A stretch of 64,000 nt of DNA from Faecousia sp. (GCA_045533345.1 JAZSHO010000171.1:9323-73322), one strand, 5' to 3'. Positions 48,112-56,503 are shown, counted from the stretch's first letter. Program-made: numbers and translations. Notes: generated by a model not told the origin, from the sequence alone.

Positions 48112-48230
48112 AGGTCCGAGTGTCGGGATTCGGTGCCTTATGCGGATCGAGGATGGGGAAAGGTCCGAGTGTCGGGATTCGGTGCCTTATGCGAATCGTG
48201 GATGGGGAAAGGTTCGAGTGTCGAGATTCG
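48112..48230 (-). repeat. 49-bp tandem repeat built from tRNA-Pro 3' fragments
   Basis: GGT(C/T)CGAGTGTCG(G/A)GATTCG at 48113, 48162 and 48211, separated by near-identical 29-bp linkers. Confidence 0.85.
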
Positions 48231-48314
48231 CTTCACTATGGTGTCGATCCCGTCGAGCCGGGATCGTGCAACACCCCACCGGGGTGTTGCATTTAATGGT
48301 TCGAATCTCTCCAC
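48211..48314 (-). repeat. tRNA-associated palindromic element (Pro-GGG copy)
   Basis: Inverted arm 48300-48314; palindrome TGCAACACCCCACCGGGGTGTTGCA 48267-48291; hairpin 48245-48266; direct copy 48211-48230. Confidence 0.85.
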
Positions 48315-48357
48315 AGAAATAAAAAATCCAGAACAGTGAATACTGTTCTGGATTTTT

Positions 48358-48434
48358 TGGTCCGAGTGTCGAGATTCGAACTCGAGGCCTCTTGAACCCC
48401 ATTCAAGCGCGATACCAAACTTCGCCACACCCGG
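48358..48434 (-). tRNA. tRNA-Pro(GGG)
   Basis: CCGGGTG/CACTCGG acceptor stem, CTTGA-AT-GGG-GT-TCAAG anticodon arm, ACCA end; promoter TTGCAT-17-TATTAT (48493..48465); terminator 48321-48357. Confidence 0.95.
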
Positions 48435-48536
48435 ATTTTGCTTGCCGCTCTCGGCGACTTTGCTATAATAGCACACCTTGCCGAAAAATGCAAGCATTAT
48501 TTTTCGTTTTTTTAAAAATTTTTTTCAGAGGGAAAA

Positions 48537-48998
48537 TCAACCCTGTTTTGCCGGTTTATTGAAGAAAATGGAGCTGCCGGATAAACACAGCTTGTCCGGC
48601 GCGGACTCCTGGTAAGCCTCGGATGTAAAGCGCATCAGATTCCGGGAGACGGAAATGACTTTCACTTTTACCAGCACATCTTCGCCGGGAACCAAAGGAC
48701 GGTGGTAATCCACAGACAGCTGTACCGTGGGAGCCGTGCCGTCATCCTGCTTGCAGCAGTGAGCCACGAACCCCATAGCCTGGTCTACCACGGTAGCGCA
48801 CATGCCGCCGTGGAGAGTTCCAAAACCGTTGCGCATCCAGGGGAAGGTACGGCAGCGCATGATGACGACTCGTTCCATTTCATTATAGCCCAGAACCTCA
48901 TAATGCATCTGGACACCGATGGAGTCCGGAGCAATGACAGTAAGTTCCTCAATTCGTGCCTGGACCTTTTTGCCCAGCGCGGGGGAAATCAGTTCCAT
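48537..48998 (-). CDS. PaaI-family hotdog thioesterase
   Basis: NGFGTLHGGMCATVVD, SVDYHRP. Confidence 0.88.
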   Translation of the reverse strand: MELISPALGKKVQARIEELTVIAPDSIGVQMHYEVLGYNEMERVVIMRCRTFPWMRNGFGTLHGGMCATVVDQAMGFVAHCCKQDDGTAPTVQLSVDYHRPLVPGEDVLVKVKVISVSRNLMRFTSEAYQESAPDKLCLSGSSIFFNKPAKQG

Positions 48999-49002
48999 TT
49001 GT

Positions 49003-49221
49003 TTATTCGCCTCGCTCGCTGGAAACCACCTTACCGATGTTCCACAGATGGGCTACGGTCCGTTCGGCTTCCTTCTTTTCCTCTTCGTTGTCATATTCCA
49101 CGTAGACGGTGTGGGCGCTGCAATCGGCGCACTCCACCTGGACACTCCAGCCGCCCTCGTGCATAATCAGACCGGCACCCCGGCAGATGGGGCATTCTTC
49201 CAGCATAATGATTTCTTCCAT
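49003..49221 (-). CDS. Lar-like zinc-ribbon protein
   Basis: LEECPICRG...VECADC...HLWN. Confidence 0.7.
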   Translation of the reverse strand: MEEIIMLEECPICRGAGLIMHEGGWSVQVECADCSAHTVYVEYDNEEEKKEAERTVAHLWNIGKVVSSERGE

Positions 49222-49233
49222 GGTATATTCTCC

Positions 49234-49893
49234 TTATCTAAAGACGCTTTCGTTAATATCGTACACCTCTACCCGACGGCAGCGGACAAAATCCGCCTTG
49301 TACTGGGGCAGGTACTTTTCGATGGCAGCGGAAAGCTGCATGGGATTTAAGGTGGGGTTCTGGCAGCAGACCAGGGCCTCCAGCTGCAGGGTATTCTCAT
49401 CCGCGGCAGAAATGGCAATCCGGCGAATCAACGGGATGATATTTTCCTCCTTGATGCCGTTCTTGCTCTTCTTTTCTACAACAACTTCAGTCTGTGCAAA
49501 AAGTGCTTCCATATCCGCCTGGGCATGTTCGGGAATACCCTTGTCATATTCCAGGGAAACCACGCACTCCAACAATGCCAGATGCTTGATCTTTGCTCCC
49601 TCGTCGTATACTTCCAAGACGTTCACACCCGCTACCAGAGCGGCATTCAGCCGGGTGAGGATTTCTTCATTGGGAATCTTCTCTCCGTACAGATCGAAGT
49701 CCAGCAGCTCACAGCCGCTTTCCACGCCCAGACTCAAGGGCAAGGCAATGGAAACAGAGGGACGGGGATTGTAACCCTGGGTATGGGTCAGAGGAAGCCC
49801 GGCCCGTTTGAACGCACGCTGGAACAGCCGCATGAGATCCAGGTGGGAAATGTAGATGGCCTGCCCGGTCTTTTCAAACAGCAGTCTAGGCAT
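49234..49893 (-). CDS. Radical SAM-associated protein (TIGR03936/DUF2344)
   Basis: YISHLDLMRLFQRAFKRAGLP, GYNPRP, LSLGVES. Confidence 0.9.
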   Translation of the reverse strand: MPRLLFEKTGQAIYISHLDLMRLFQRAFKRAGLPLTHTQGYNPRPSVSIALPLSLGVESGCELLDFDLYGEKIPNEEILTRLNAALVAGVNVLEVYDEGAKIKHLALLECVVSLEYDKGIPEHAQADMEALFAQTEVVVEKKSKNGIKEENIIPLIRRIAISAADENTLQLEALVCCQNPTLNPMQLSAAIEKYLPQYKADFVRCRRVEVYDINESVFR

Positions 49894-51721
49894 CGCACTC
49901 CACCTCCTTCAGCAAGCAGTTGGCACCGCAGCCGGCACAGCCTTCCCGGCAGTCGGGGGTGACCCGGTTTTCGTAGGCCCGCTTCCGCTCCAGCTTGAGG
50001 AATTTCTTACTTACGCCCACATCAATGGTGTCCCAGGGGAGAATTTCCTCCTCATCGTAGCCACGTGTGGTGTAGAAATCTTCCTCAATACCGCATTCCC
50101 GGAAAGCATCGTACCACTTGGAATAGTTGAAATATTCATCCCATCCATCCAGCCGGGCGCCGTTGCGAACAGCAGCCTCGATGACAGGGCCAAGACGGCG
50201 GTCGCCTCTGGCAAACACTGCCTCCAGACGGCTTAAATCCGGGCCATGGTAGTCGTAGGTAATGGATTTGGAATAGAAATGCTCTTTCAGCAGACGGCAT
50301 CGCCGCAGGTATTCCTGGGGCGTGATCTGCTTTTCCCACTGGAAGGGGGTGTGGGGCTTGGGAACGAAGTAAGCGGTGGCCACGTGGACCCGCAGTCCCC
50401 GCTTTTTGTTGGTGGCATTGGCCTGCCAGGTCTTGATGACCTTGTAAACCAGGTCGGCAATGCCCAGCACATCCTCATCGGTTTCCGTGGGCAGACCCAG
50501 CATGAAGTACAGCTTTACATTGTTCCAGCCGCCGGAGAAAGCATTGGCGCAGGTGTTGAGAATCTCTTCCTCGGTCAAATTCTTATTAATTACATCCCGA
50601 AGCCGCTGAGTACCGGCTTCCGGTGCAAAGGTCAGACCGCTCTTGCGGACAGTCTGCAGTTTTTCCATCAGTTCCCGGGAGAAGTTGTCCGCCCGAAGGG
50701 AGGGAACGGAAAGGTTGATGCGGTTTTCCACGCAGTAGGGAATCAGTTCGTCGGTCAGATCCTTCAGTCCCCGGTAATCAGAGGTGGAAAGGCTGGAAAT
50801 AGTGATTTCGTTGTTGCCGGAATTCTCCATGATTTCCACAGCCTGCTTATACAGCACTTCCGGGCTCTTTTTCCGGACAGGGCGGCAGGAAAAGCCAGCC
50901 TGGCAGAAACGACAGCCCCGGATACAGCCCCGGAAAACCTCCAGATTTGCCCGGTCATGGACGATTTCTGTGGAGGGAACGATCATCTGGGTGGGGAAGA
51001 AAGCGTTATCCAAATCCTCGATGATACGCTTGGTGATGGTTGCAGGAGCATCCTCCAGAGGCACAATGGCAGATAGGGTGCCATCAGCATTGTACTCATG
51101 CCGATAGAAGGAGGGGACATACACACCGGGAATCTTGGCAACCTCATGAAGGAACTGATCCTTGCTCCAGCATTCGGCCTTGGCCTTATCGTACAGAGAT
51201 ACGATTTCCACAGTAATATCCTCACCCTCACCCAGGGAGAAGAAATCAATGAAATCCGCCAGAGGCTCCGGATTGAACGCACAGACACCGCCGGCGAAGA
51301 CAATGTTCTTCAGTCCGTGACGGTCCTTGCTGTGCAGGGGAACTCCGGCCAGATCCAGCATATTGAGGATGTTGGAGTAAGCCATCTCATAGCCAATCGT
51401 AAAGGCGATCATGTCAAAATCCTTCACTGCGTCCTGGCTTTCCAGAGCCCACAGAGGCAGATTGTGCTGCCGCATAGCTTCTTCCATATCACCCCAGGGA
51501 GCGAAAACACGCTCACACCAAACGCCGTCCATCCGGTTCATGACGCCATAAAGAATCCGCATACCCACATTGGACATGCCGATCTCATAAGTATCCGGAA
51601 AACAGAAGGCCACCCGGACACGGGTATCTTCTTTGTTCTTCTGGATTTCGCCCCATTCGCCGCCGGTGTACCGGGCAGGCTTTTGAACAGTGGGCAGAAT
51701 CCGCTGCTTTAATTCGGTCAT
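49886..51721 (-). CDS. B12-binding radical SAM protein (TIGR03960)
   Basis: VQKPARYTGGE, FPDTYEIGMS, RGCIRGCRFCQAG, TFAPEAGTQRLR. Confidence 0.92.
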   Translation of the reverse strand: MTELKQRILPTVQKPARYTGGEWGEIQKNKEDTRVRVAFCFPDTYEIGMSNVGMRILYGVMNRMDGVWCERVFAPWGDMEEAMRQHNLPLWALESQDAVKDFDMIAFTIGYEMAYSNILNMLDLAGVPLHSKDRHGLKNIVFAGGVCAFNPEPLADFIDFFSLGEGEDITVEIVSLYDKAKAECWSKDQFLHEVAKIPGVYVPSFYRHEYNADGTLSAIVPLEDAPATITKRIIEDLDNAFFPTQMIVPSTEIVHDRANLEVFRGCIRGCRFCQAGFSCRPVRKKSPEVLYKQAVEIMENSGNNEITISSLSTSDYRGLKDLTDELIPYCVENRINLSVPSLRADNFSRELMEKLQTVRKSGLTFAPEAGTQRLRDVINKNLTEEEILNTCANAFSGGWNNVKLYFMLGLPTETDEDVLGIADLVYKVIKTWQANATNKKRGLRVHVATAYFVPKPHTPFQWEKQITPQEYLRRCRLLKEHFYSKSITYDYHGPDLSRLEAVFARGDRRLGPVIEAAVRNGARLDGWDEYFNYSKWYDAFRECGIEEDFYTTRGYDEEEILPWDTIDVGVSKKFLKLERKRAYENRVTPDCREGCAGCGANCLLKEVECDA

Positions 51722-51747
51722 AGTGTTACCTCATTTCATTGGTAGCA

Positions 51748-52326
51748 CTATTGTACAGCTAGTTTCGATTCTTTGCAAGGTCTTTTTCGTTCCAATACCC
51801 GCAAGACCAGAATCCAGACAATGGAAATCGACAGAAACCCCATGGAACGGCTGAAAACGCAGGCGAGGATACAGAAGGACATTAGAAAGATTTTTTCCAC
51901 CAGGGAGGAAAGAAAAGCCGCTTGTTTTTCCGACAACAACATTCTTGCTGCGCATCGGAGGACGCGTCCGCCATCCAGAGGGAAAACGGGAATCAGATTG
52001 AAAAAACCCTGGATCCCGGCGCACAGCGCAATTCGGGGAAATTGATGGACCAGAAGCAGTAGTGCGAAGCTTCCGGCAGGGCCAGCGGCTGCACAGAGCA
52101 ATTCCGTTTTGGAATCCAATGGTGGCGTTTGTATTTCCATACCGCTGATACCAACATGAATACCGAATACAGATTTTTTCGTGAGAAACAGTCCCAATAA
52201 GTGACAACATTCATGAACTGCAGCGGCAACCATAGCTGACATTATCCAGGAAATGGGCAATGTCAGCAGAAAAAAGGCCCCCAGAAGACAGGCCCATCCG
52301 TCAAGGGTGATCCGTGTGGCTGACAA
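51748..52326 (-). CDS. spoIVFB: Site-2 (M50) protease, SpoIVFB-like; start uncertain
   Basis: VHECCH, AAAGPAGS, FNLIPVFPLDGG; upstream of TIGR03960 as in the clostridial locus. Confidence 0.7.
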   Translation of the reverse strand: MSATRITLDGWACLLGAFFLLTLPISWIMSAMVAAAVHECCHLLGLFLTKKSVFGIHVGISGMEIQTPPLDSKTELLCAAAGPAGSFALLLLVHQFPRIALCAGIQGFFNLIPVFPLDGGRVLRCAARMLLSEKQAAFLSSLVEKIFLMSFCILACVFSRSMGFLSISIVWILVLRVLERKRPCKESKLAVQ

Positions 52327-52594
52327 TGTCCCGGCAAAAATGTTCCAAAGCTTCGGAAATTGGCTCCCCATTGCGCAGTTCCTCCACAAAAACCTCTGCT
52401 GCTGCCATTGCAGGCTCCGCTCCACCGGGAAAAAGAAGATTCCCCAAAAGCGTGCGTCCCTGGGGCCAGAAGGAATTTACAAGCATACAGAAGGCAAGAA
52501 AAAAGGAAGCAGTCATCAGAACAATGCGAATCCCGGAAAAGATATCTTTTGGTATGTGCTCCGGATTCTTTCCGTACCGGATTTGATAACTCAT
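52301..52594 (-). CDS. 97-aa single-TM protein in the spoIVFA position
   Basis: GAGGTG RBS; TM segment; overlaps the M50 gene. Confidence 0.65.
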   Translation of the reverse strand: MSYQIRYGKNPEHIPKDIFSGIRIVLMTASFFLAFCMLVNSFWPQGRTLLGNLLFPGGAEPAMAAAEVFVEELRNGEPISEALEHFCRDIVSHTDHP

Positions 52595-52610
52595 GGCATC
52601 ACCTCGGAGA

Positions 52611-52658
52611 ATTTTATGCATTCGATTAAGAATTATGCAGTAATTCCCAGGATATGAC
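52611..52658 (-). promoter_or_regulatory. sigE-type promoter(s)
   Basis: GTCATAT-N14-CATAATT and overlapping GCATAAT-N13-CATAAAAT on the - strand. Confidence 0.5.
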
Positions 52659-52668
52659 GGCTTTTGAC

Positions 52669-52697
52669 TTGACAGCGAAGGATTTTTTCATTATAAT
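52669..52697 (+). promoter_or_regulatory. SigA promoter of tRNA-Pro(CGG)
   Basis: TTGACA-17-TATAAT. Confidence 0.8.
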
Positions 52698-52708
52698 ATT
52701 TTGGCTAT

Positions 52709-52785
52709 CGGGGTGTGGCGAAGTTTGGTATCGCGCATGGTTCGGGTCCATGAGGCCAGGGGTTCGAATCCCCTCACTCCGACCA
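52709..52785 (+). tRNA. tRNA-Pro(CGG)
   Basis: CGGGGTG/CACTCCG acceptor stem, CATGG-TT-CGG-GT-CCATG anticodon arm, ACCA end. Confidence 0.95.
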
Positions 52786-52825
52786 AAAATCCGGTGACCA
52801 TTTATGTGGTCGCCGGATTTTTAAT

Positions 52826-52950
52826 GAGTAAGGGGATTCGAAGATTTCAATGCAACAGTCCTGTGGACTGTTGCTCGGCGGGTAGGGACCCGGCGACACC
52901 TTATGTTGTGCCATAAGGCACAACAGCAACGAATCCCCTCACTCCGACCA
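52826..52950 (+). repeat. tRNA-associated palindromic element (Pro-CGG copy)
   Basis: Inverted arm GAGTAAGGGGATTCGAA; GCAACAGTCCTGTGGACTGTTGC; two hairpins; direct copy CGAATCCCCTCACTCCGACCA (same as 52765-52785). Confidence 0.88.
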
Positions 52951-53052
52951 AAAAATTGTACGTAACCGATTAATGTTATGTGTCAGCCAATTACCACTTG
53001 CCACAGCCCGATTCCTCTGTTAAACTAAAGAAAAACCCATGGAGGAAACCTT

Positions 53053-53784
53053 ATGACTCGATTTTTTGTGGAGCCGGAGGAGCTGCAGCCGGAATTTCTG
53101 GTGCTGACGGGAGAAAATGCCCAGCATGCCAAGGTGCTGCGTCTGAAAAACGGTGAAGAGGTGTTGGTATGTGACGGACAGGGCCGGGAATGCCTTTGCA
53201 CCGTCAGCGATGTGAGTCCCGGGCAAATCAGTCTGGTGGTGAAAAAGCGGCAGGAAAGCGAATCAGAAGCCGCCGTTAAGGTCAGTGTCTATATGGCCTT
53301 TCCCAAGGCGGACAAGTTGGAGCACGTGATTCAGAAGGCAACGGAACTTGGTGCCTACGAGATTGTTGCCTTTCCTTCCGCCCGTTGCATTTCCAAACCC
53401 GATGAAAAGAGCCTGAAAAAGAAACTGGAGCGCTGGCAGAAAATTGCCGCCTCCGCTGCGGAGCAGTCCGGCCGGGGACGCATCCCGGAAGTATTGACCG
53501 TTGGCAGCTATAAAGAGGCCCTGGAACGGGCGTCCCTGGCGGAAAAAGCCATTCTCTTCTATGAAAATGAACGTGCCACCACCCTGCGGATGGCCCTGGA
53601 AGCAGGGGAGTATCACACCATTAGCCTCCTTACCGGCCCCGAAGGCGGTCTGGAGGAGCGGGAAGTGCAGCAGGCACAGGAAGCCGGGCTCCAGGTCTGC
53701 ACCCTCGGAAAGCGGATCCTGCGCTGCGAAACAGCCCCACTTTGTGCCCTGTCCGCTGTCATGTACGCCAGCGGGGAATTCTAA
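53053..53784 (+). CDS. rsmE: 16S rRNA m3U1498 methyltransferase
   Basis: HAKVLRL, QKATELG, AAEQSGR, GPEGGL, LGKRILRCETA. Confidence 0.95.
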   Translation: MTRFFVEPEELQPEFLVLTGENAQHAKVLRLKNGEEVLVCDGQGRECLCTVSDVSPGQISLVVKKRQESESEAAVKVSVYMAFPKADKLEHVIQKATELGAYEIVAFPSARCISKPDEKSLKKKLERWQKIAASAAEQSGRGRIPEVLTVGSYKEALERASLAEKAILFYENERATTLRMALEAGEYHTISLLTGPEGGLEEREVQQAQEAGLQVCTLGKRILRCETAPLCALSAVMYASGEF

Positions 53785-53787
53785 AAA

Positions 53788-53815
53788 AATGCCAGTCCTT
53801 AGGGACTGGCATTTA
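53788..53815. terminator. Bidirectional intrinsic terminator
   Basis: AAATGCCAGTCC-ttag-GGACTGGCATTT. Confidence 0.75.
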
Positions 53816-53818
53816 ATA

Positions 53819-54778
53819 TTAATGATGGTCTTCACTGTGGTGGTAGTCCGGGCAATTGGGATCATTGACGCAAGCGTCTGTATGCTGATGGACGGTATCG
53901 GCGGAAGGTGCATAGACATTTTTACGAATGTGCACATTGCCGCTCATGGCGCTGACATCGATGGTACAGCCGCCATTTCCGCAGATGTAGCGATTATTGC
54001 TCACCTCGTAGTCAAAATCAGACTGGAACTTACCGCTCATGGCATCCAGCTTTACGGAGAAGCCTGCGTCCTCAGGCAGGGTGATGTCCAGATTGCCGGA
54101 GGCTGTATCCAGATCCATGGACTGGGGGACATTCTGCAGATTGGCAACAATGGAGGCGGAGGCACTGTCGCAGTCCAATGTGACCAGAGTACCGGAATAA
54201 ATTATATCACCGGATGCAGTATCCACATCCAGGTGCATCACATTGCAGTTTTCAAAGCCAATTGCGCCGCTGGCAGTATCAATCTCAACATTGTTGGAGC
54301 AAAGCTTGTGTACCTCCAGCTTTGCAGAGGCTGCGTCGATTTCTAAGTTCTCACAGAGCCAATTCTCCGGAATTGCCACTGTTAGGTTTTTCTCCGGGGG
54401 CCCGCCAAAGGGGATACCGAAACTGAAATCTTTCAAATCCTCTTCGCAGAATTGGATTTTCAGCTTACCGTCGGAAACGCTGTAAGAAAGCACATACTTT
54501 TCATCTCCGCTGTAGTCATCCCAGAAGCGGATGTCTTCGGTCTGGGCCCCGGGCAAGATGGTGATGGAACCAGATACCCACTCGATTTCTATCTGCTGGA
54601 TGCCCTCCGTGCCCACCGCACCGTAGGTGCCGCTGTCATCCATGGCTACGGGACCGGTGGTTCCGGTTCTGCGTCTGGAAGAGAACAGACCAAAGCCGAT
54701 CCCTGCTGCCAACAGACTCACAAGAATGGCAATAAGAACACTGTAAATTACGATTCTAACAATGGCATTAGCTTTCAT
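53819..54778 (-). CDS. DUF4097-type beta-strand repeat membrane protein
   Basis: N-terminal TM; repeated DTASG/SAS motifs; His-rich C-terminus. Confidence 0.8.
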   Translation of the reverse strand: MKANAIVRIVIYSVLIAILVSLLAAGIGFGLFSSRRRTGTTGPVAMDDSGTYGAVGTEGIQQIEIEWVSGSITILPGAQTEDIRFWDDYSGDEKYVLSYSVSDGKLKIQFCEEDLKDFSFGIPFGGPPEKNLTVAIPENWLCENLEIDAASAKLEVHKLCSNNVEIDTASGAIGFENCNVMHLDVDTASGDIIYSGTLVTLDCDSASASIVANLQNVPQSMDLDTASGNLDITLPEDAGFSVKLDAMSGKFQSDFDYEVSNNRYICGNGGCTIDVSAMSGNVHIRKNVYAPSADTVHQHTDACVNDPNCPDYHHSEDHH

Positions 54779-55421
54779 GTTTTACTGCCTCCTTCAGATC
54801 CAGAATGGCTTTCACCAGCCCCCAGACGGCGCCCATAATGGGGAAAATCAGCCAGGTAATGTACCAGGCACCGGTGGAGAAGCTGATAATGAAATAAAGA
54901 ACAAGTCCGACCGCATTGATAATGGATTTGACGGCCCTCCGCAGTTCCTCCTGGGGGGTCATGTTCGTGTTTGACCTGGCCTCCGCTTCGATTTCCACGG
55001 ATTTCTTTCCACCCAAAATGATCAGCACCGTAGCCACAGCCACAATGGCCAGCAAACCGCACAAGCCGATGGTTTCCATTCCCAATTCCGCCAGGATGAA
55101 CATGGGCAGGGGACAGAGGATATAAAGACCGATGGCAATAGCCCGCATCAGTTTTTTGGTAGGTGTATCATTGTCTTTGGTTTCCTTTTTTATCCAGGCA
55201 TAGCTGACAGCAGGAACATCCTGGTTCTGAGTCCCCAGAATCTCATTGATATCACCAATACCCGCAATGGCAAGCCGGTAAGCTGCTTCGGGAACCTTAC
55301 CCTCGGCAATCAGATCATCGTACCGGTCCAGGGTGTTCTGTAAAATTTCCTGCTTCATATCCTCGCAGTCCCTGGCCCCTGCGAAGAGAAGGTCCACATA
55401 TTGGATCAGTTTTTCTTTCAT
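54768..55421 (-). CDS. Membrane protein with permease-prefix (HAAS-like) N-terminal domain
   Basis: YVDLLF...KQEILQNTLDRYDDLIAEG...IGDINE; four TM helices. Confidence 0.8.
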   Translation of the reverse strand: MKEKLIQYVDLLFAGARDCEDMKQEILQNTLDRYDDLIAEGKVPEAAYRLAIAGIGDINEILGTQNQDVPAVSYAWIKKETKDNDTPTKKLMRAIAIGLYILCPLPMFILAELGMETIGLCGLLAIVAVATVLIILGGKKSVEIEAEARSNTNMTPQEELRRAVKSIINAVGLVLYFIISFSTGAWYITWLIFPIMGAVWGLVKAILDLKEAVKHES

Positions 55422-55423
55422 AA

Positions 55424-55756
55424 TCATTCCTCCACATGAAGAAGCTTATCCATGATTTCTTTGGTTTCCTGCCATTCCCCCAGCAGGCGGCGGCAGGCAT
55501 CCCGGCCGGAGGCGGTGATGGTGTAATACCTTCGTCTGGCACCGGCCCCGCTGTCGCCCCAGTAGGATGCAATGAAGCCCTGCTCTTCCAGACGTTTGAA
55601 AGCGGTATAGAGTGTGGCCTCCTTCAGTTCAAAGCGGCCGGAGGAGAGGGTGGAGATGGTTTTATTGATTTCGTAGCCGTAGCTGTCACCCCGGAGCAGA
55701 CGGGCAAGAATAATGGCGTCGGTGTGACCGCGGATCAGATCACCGGCGATAGACAT
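55424..55756 (-). CDS. PadR-family transcriptional regulator
   Basis: DSYGYEI, LKEATLYTAFKRLE, RRRYYTIT; candidate operator TACCT-N9-AGGTA at 55794-55812. Confidence 0.92.
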   Translation of the reverse strand: MSIAGDLIRGHTDAIILARLLRGDSYGYEINKTISTLSSGRFELKEATLYTAFKRLEEQGFIASYWGDSGAGARRRYYTITASGRDACRRLLGEWQETKEIMDKLLHVEE

Positions 55757-55822
55757 GTGCATCCCTCCTTTGTGGAATAATAGTAACACGAAGTACCTCG
55801 CCTGTCAAGGTATCTCGACAAA

Positions 55823-55959
55823 AAGTGTGAAGAGTGGAGCTTAGAGAGTGAAGAGAAAAGGCGGCAAAGCCATCTCATGAAACGAGAAACTTTGCCGCGA
55901 TGTTTTTTGAGGAAAACAGAGCAAATAACTTCACTCTTCACACTCCACACTTCACTCTT
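55823..55959. repeat. Palindromic element with heptamer-repeat arms
   Basis: Left arm (A/G)AG(A/T)GTG-type heptamers; centre GCGGCAAAG...CTTTGCCGC; right arm inverted CACTCTT/CACACTC. Confidence 0.65.
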
Positions 55960-56440
55960 ATTTATGATACTTAGACCCTGCCTGGATGGCCTCTGCCCGG
56001 TACAGCTGCTCCAGCACCATGACACGGGCCAAATGGTGGGGGAAGGTCATGGGACCCATGCTGAGCTTAAAATCCGCCTTTTGCTTCACTTTGGGAGCCA
56101 TACCGAAGGAGGAGCCGATGAGGAAGCAGGCGCTGGACTTGCCGGAATTCTTCACATCCCGGAGTTTGTCCGCAAAGGCCTCACTGCTCAGTTCCTTTCC
56201 CTCGGGGGTAAAAACGCAGAACCATGCACCCTTTGGGATTTTGGAGAAGATCAGATCCGCTTCCTTTTCCAGTCCTGCAGCGATCTCCGCAGGGGAAGGG
56301 TCTTCCGGAAGCCGCACCTCAGGTAGCTCCAAAAGCGTAAAACGGCAGTAGCCCCCAAGTCGCTTTTTGTATTCTTCCGCGGCGGAAATGTAGAATTTTT
56401 CCTTCAATTTGCCCATGGTGATCAAGGTAATGTCGAACAT
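55958..56440 (-). CDS. rlmH: 23S rRNA m3Psi1915 methyltransferase
   Basis: MGKLKEK, FLIGSSFG, MTFPHHLARVMVLEQLYRA...YHK. Confidence 0.95.
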   Translation of the reverse strand: MFDITLITMGKLKEKFYISAAEEYKKRLGGYCRFTLLELPEVRLPEDPSPAEIAAGLEKEADLIFSKIPKGAWFCVFTPEGKELSSEAFADKLRDVKNSGKSSACFLIGSSFGMAPKVKQKADFKLSMGPMTFPHHLARVMVLEQLYRAEAIQAGSKYHK

Positions 56441-56461
56441 TGTATAGTTTCCGTCCTTCCA

Positions 56462-56503
56462 TGTCATTGCGAACCAGTGCGCACACTGGTGTGGCAATCT
56501 CCC
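56462..56503. repeat. REP-like half element in the rlmH leader
   Basis: TGTCATTGCGAACCAGTGCGCACACTGGTGTGGCAATCTCCC with an internal ACCAGTG/CACTGGT hairpin. Confidence 0.6.

Noticed and set aside
48112-48230. CRISPR array
   Set aside because: The spacers are near-identical to each other, the repeat is a tRNA fragment, and there is no cas gene in the window.
49003-49221. Lar-like protein as evidence of a prophage or anti-restriction system
   Set aside because: It is embedded in a core-looking operon with no phage genes, and the zinc ribbon is generic.
55958-55980. SCC-like integration at the rlmH 3' end (TATCATAAATAA)
   Set aside because: I found no serine recombinase and no second att copy; only the short palindromic element is adjacent.
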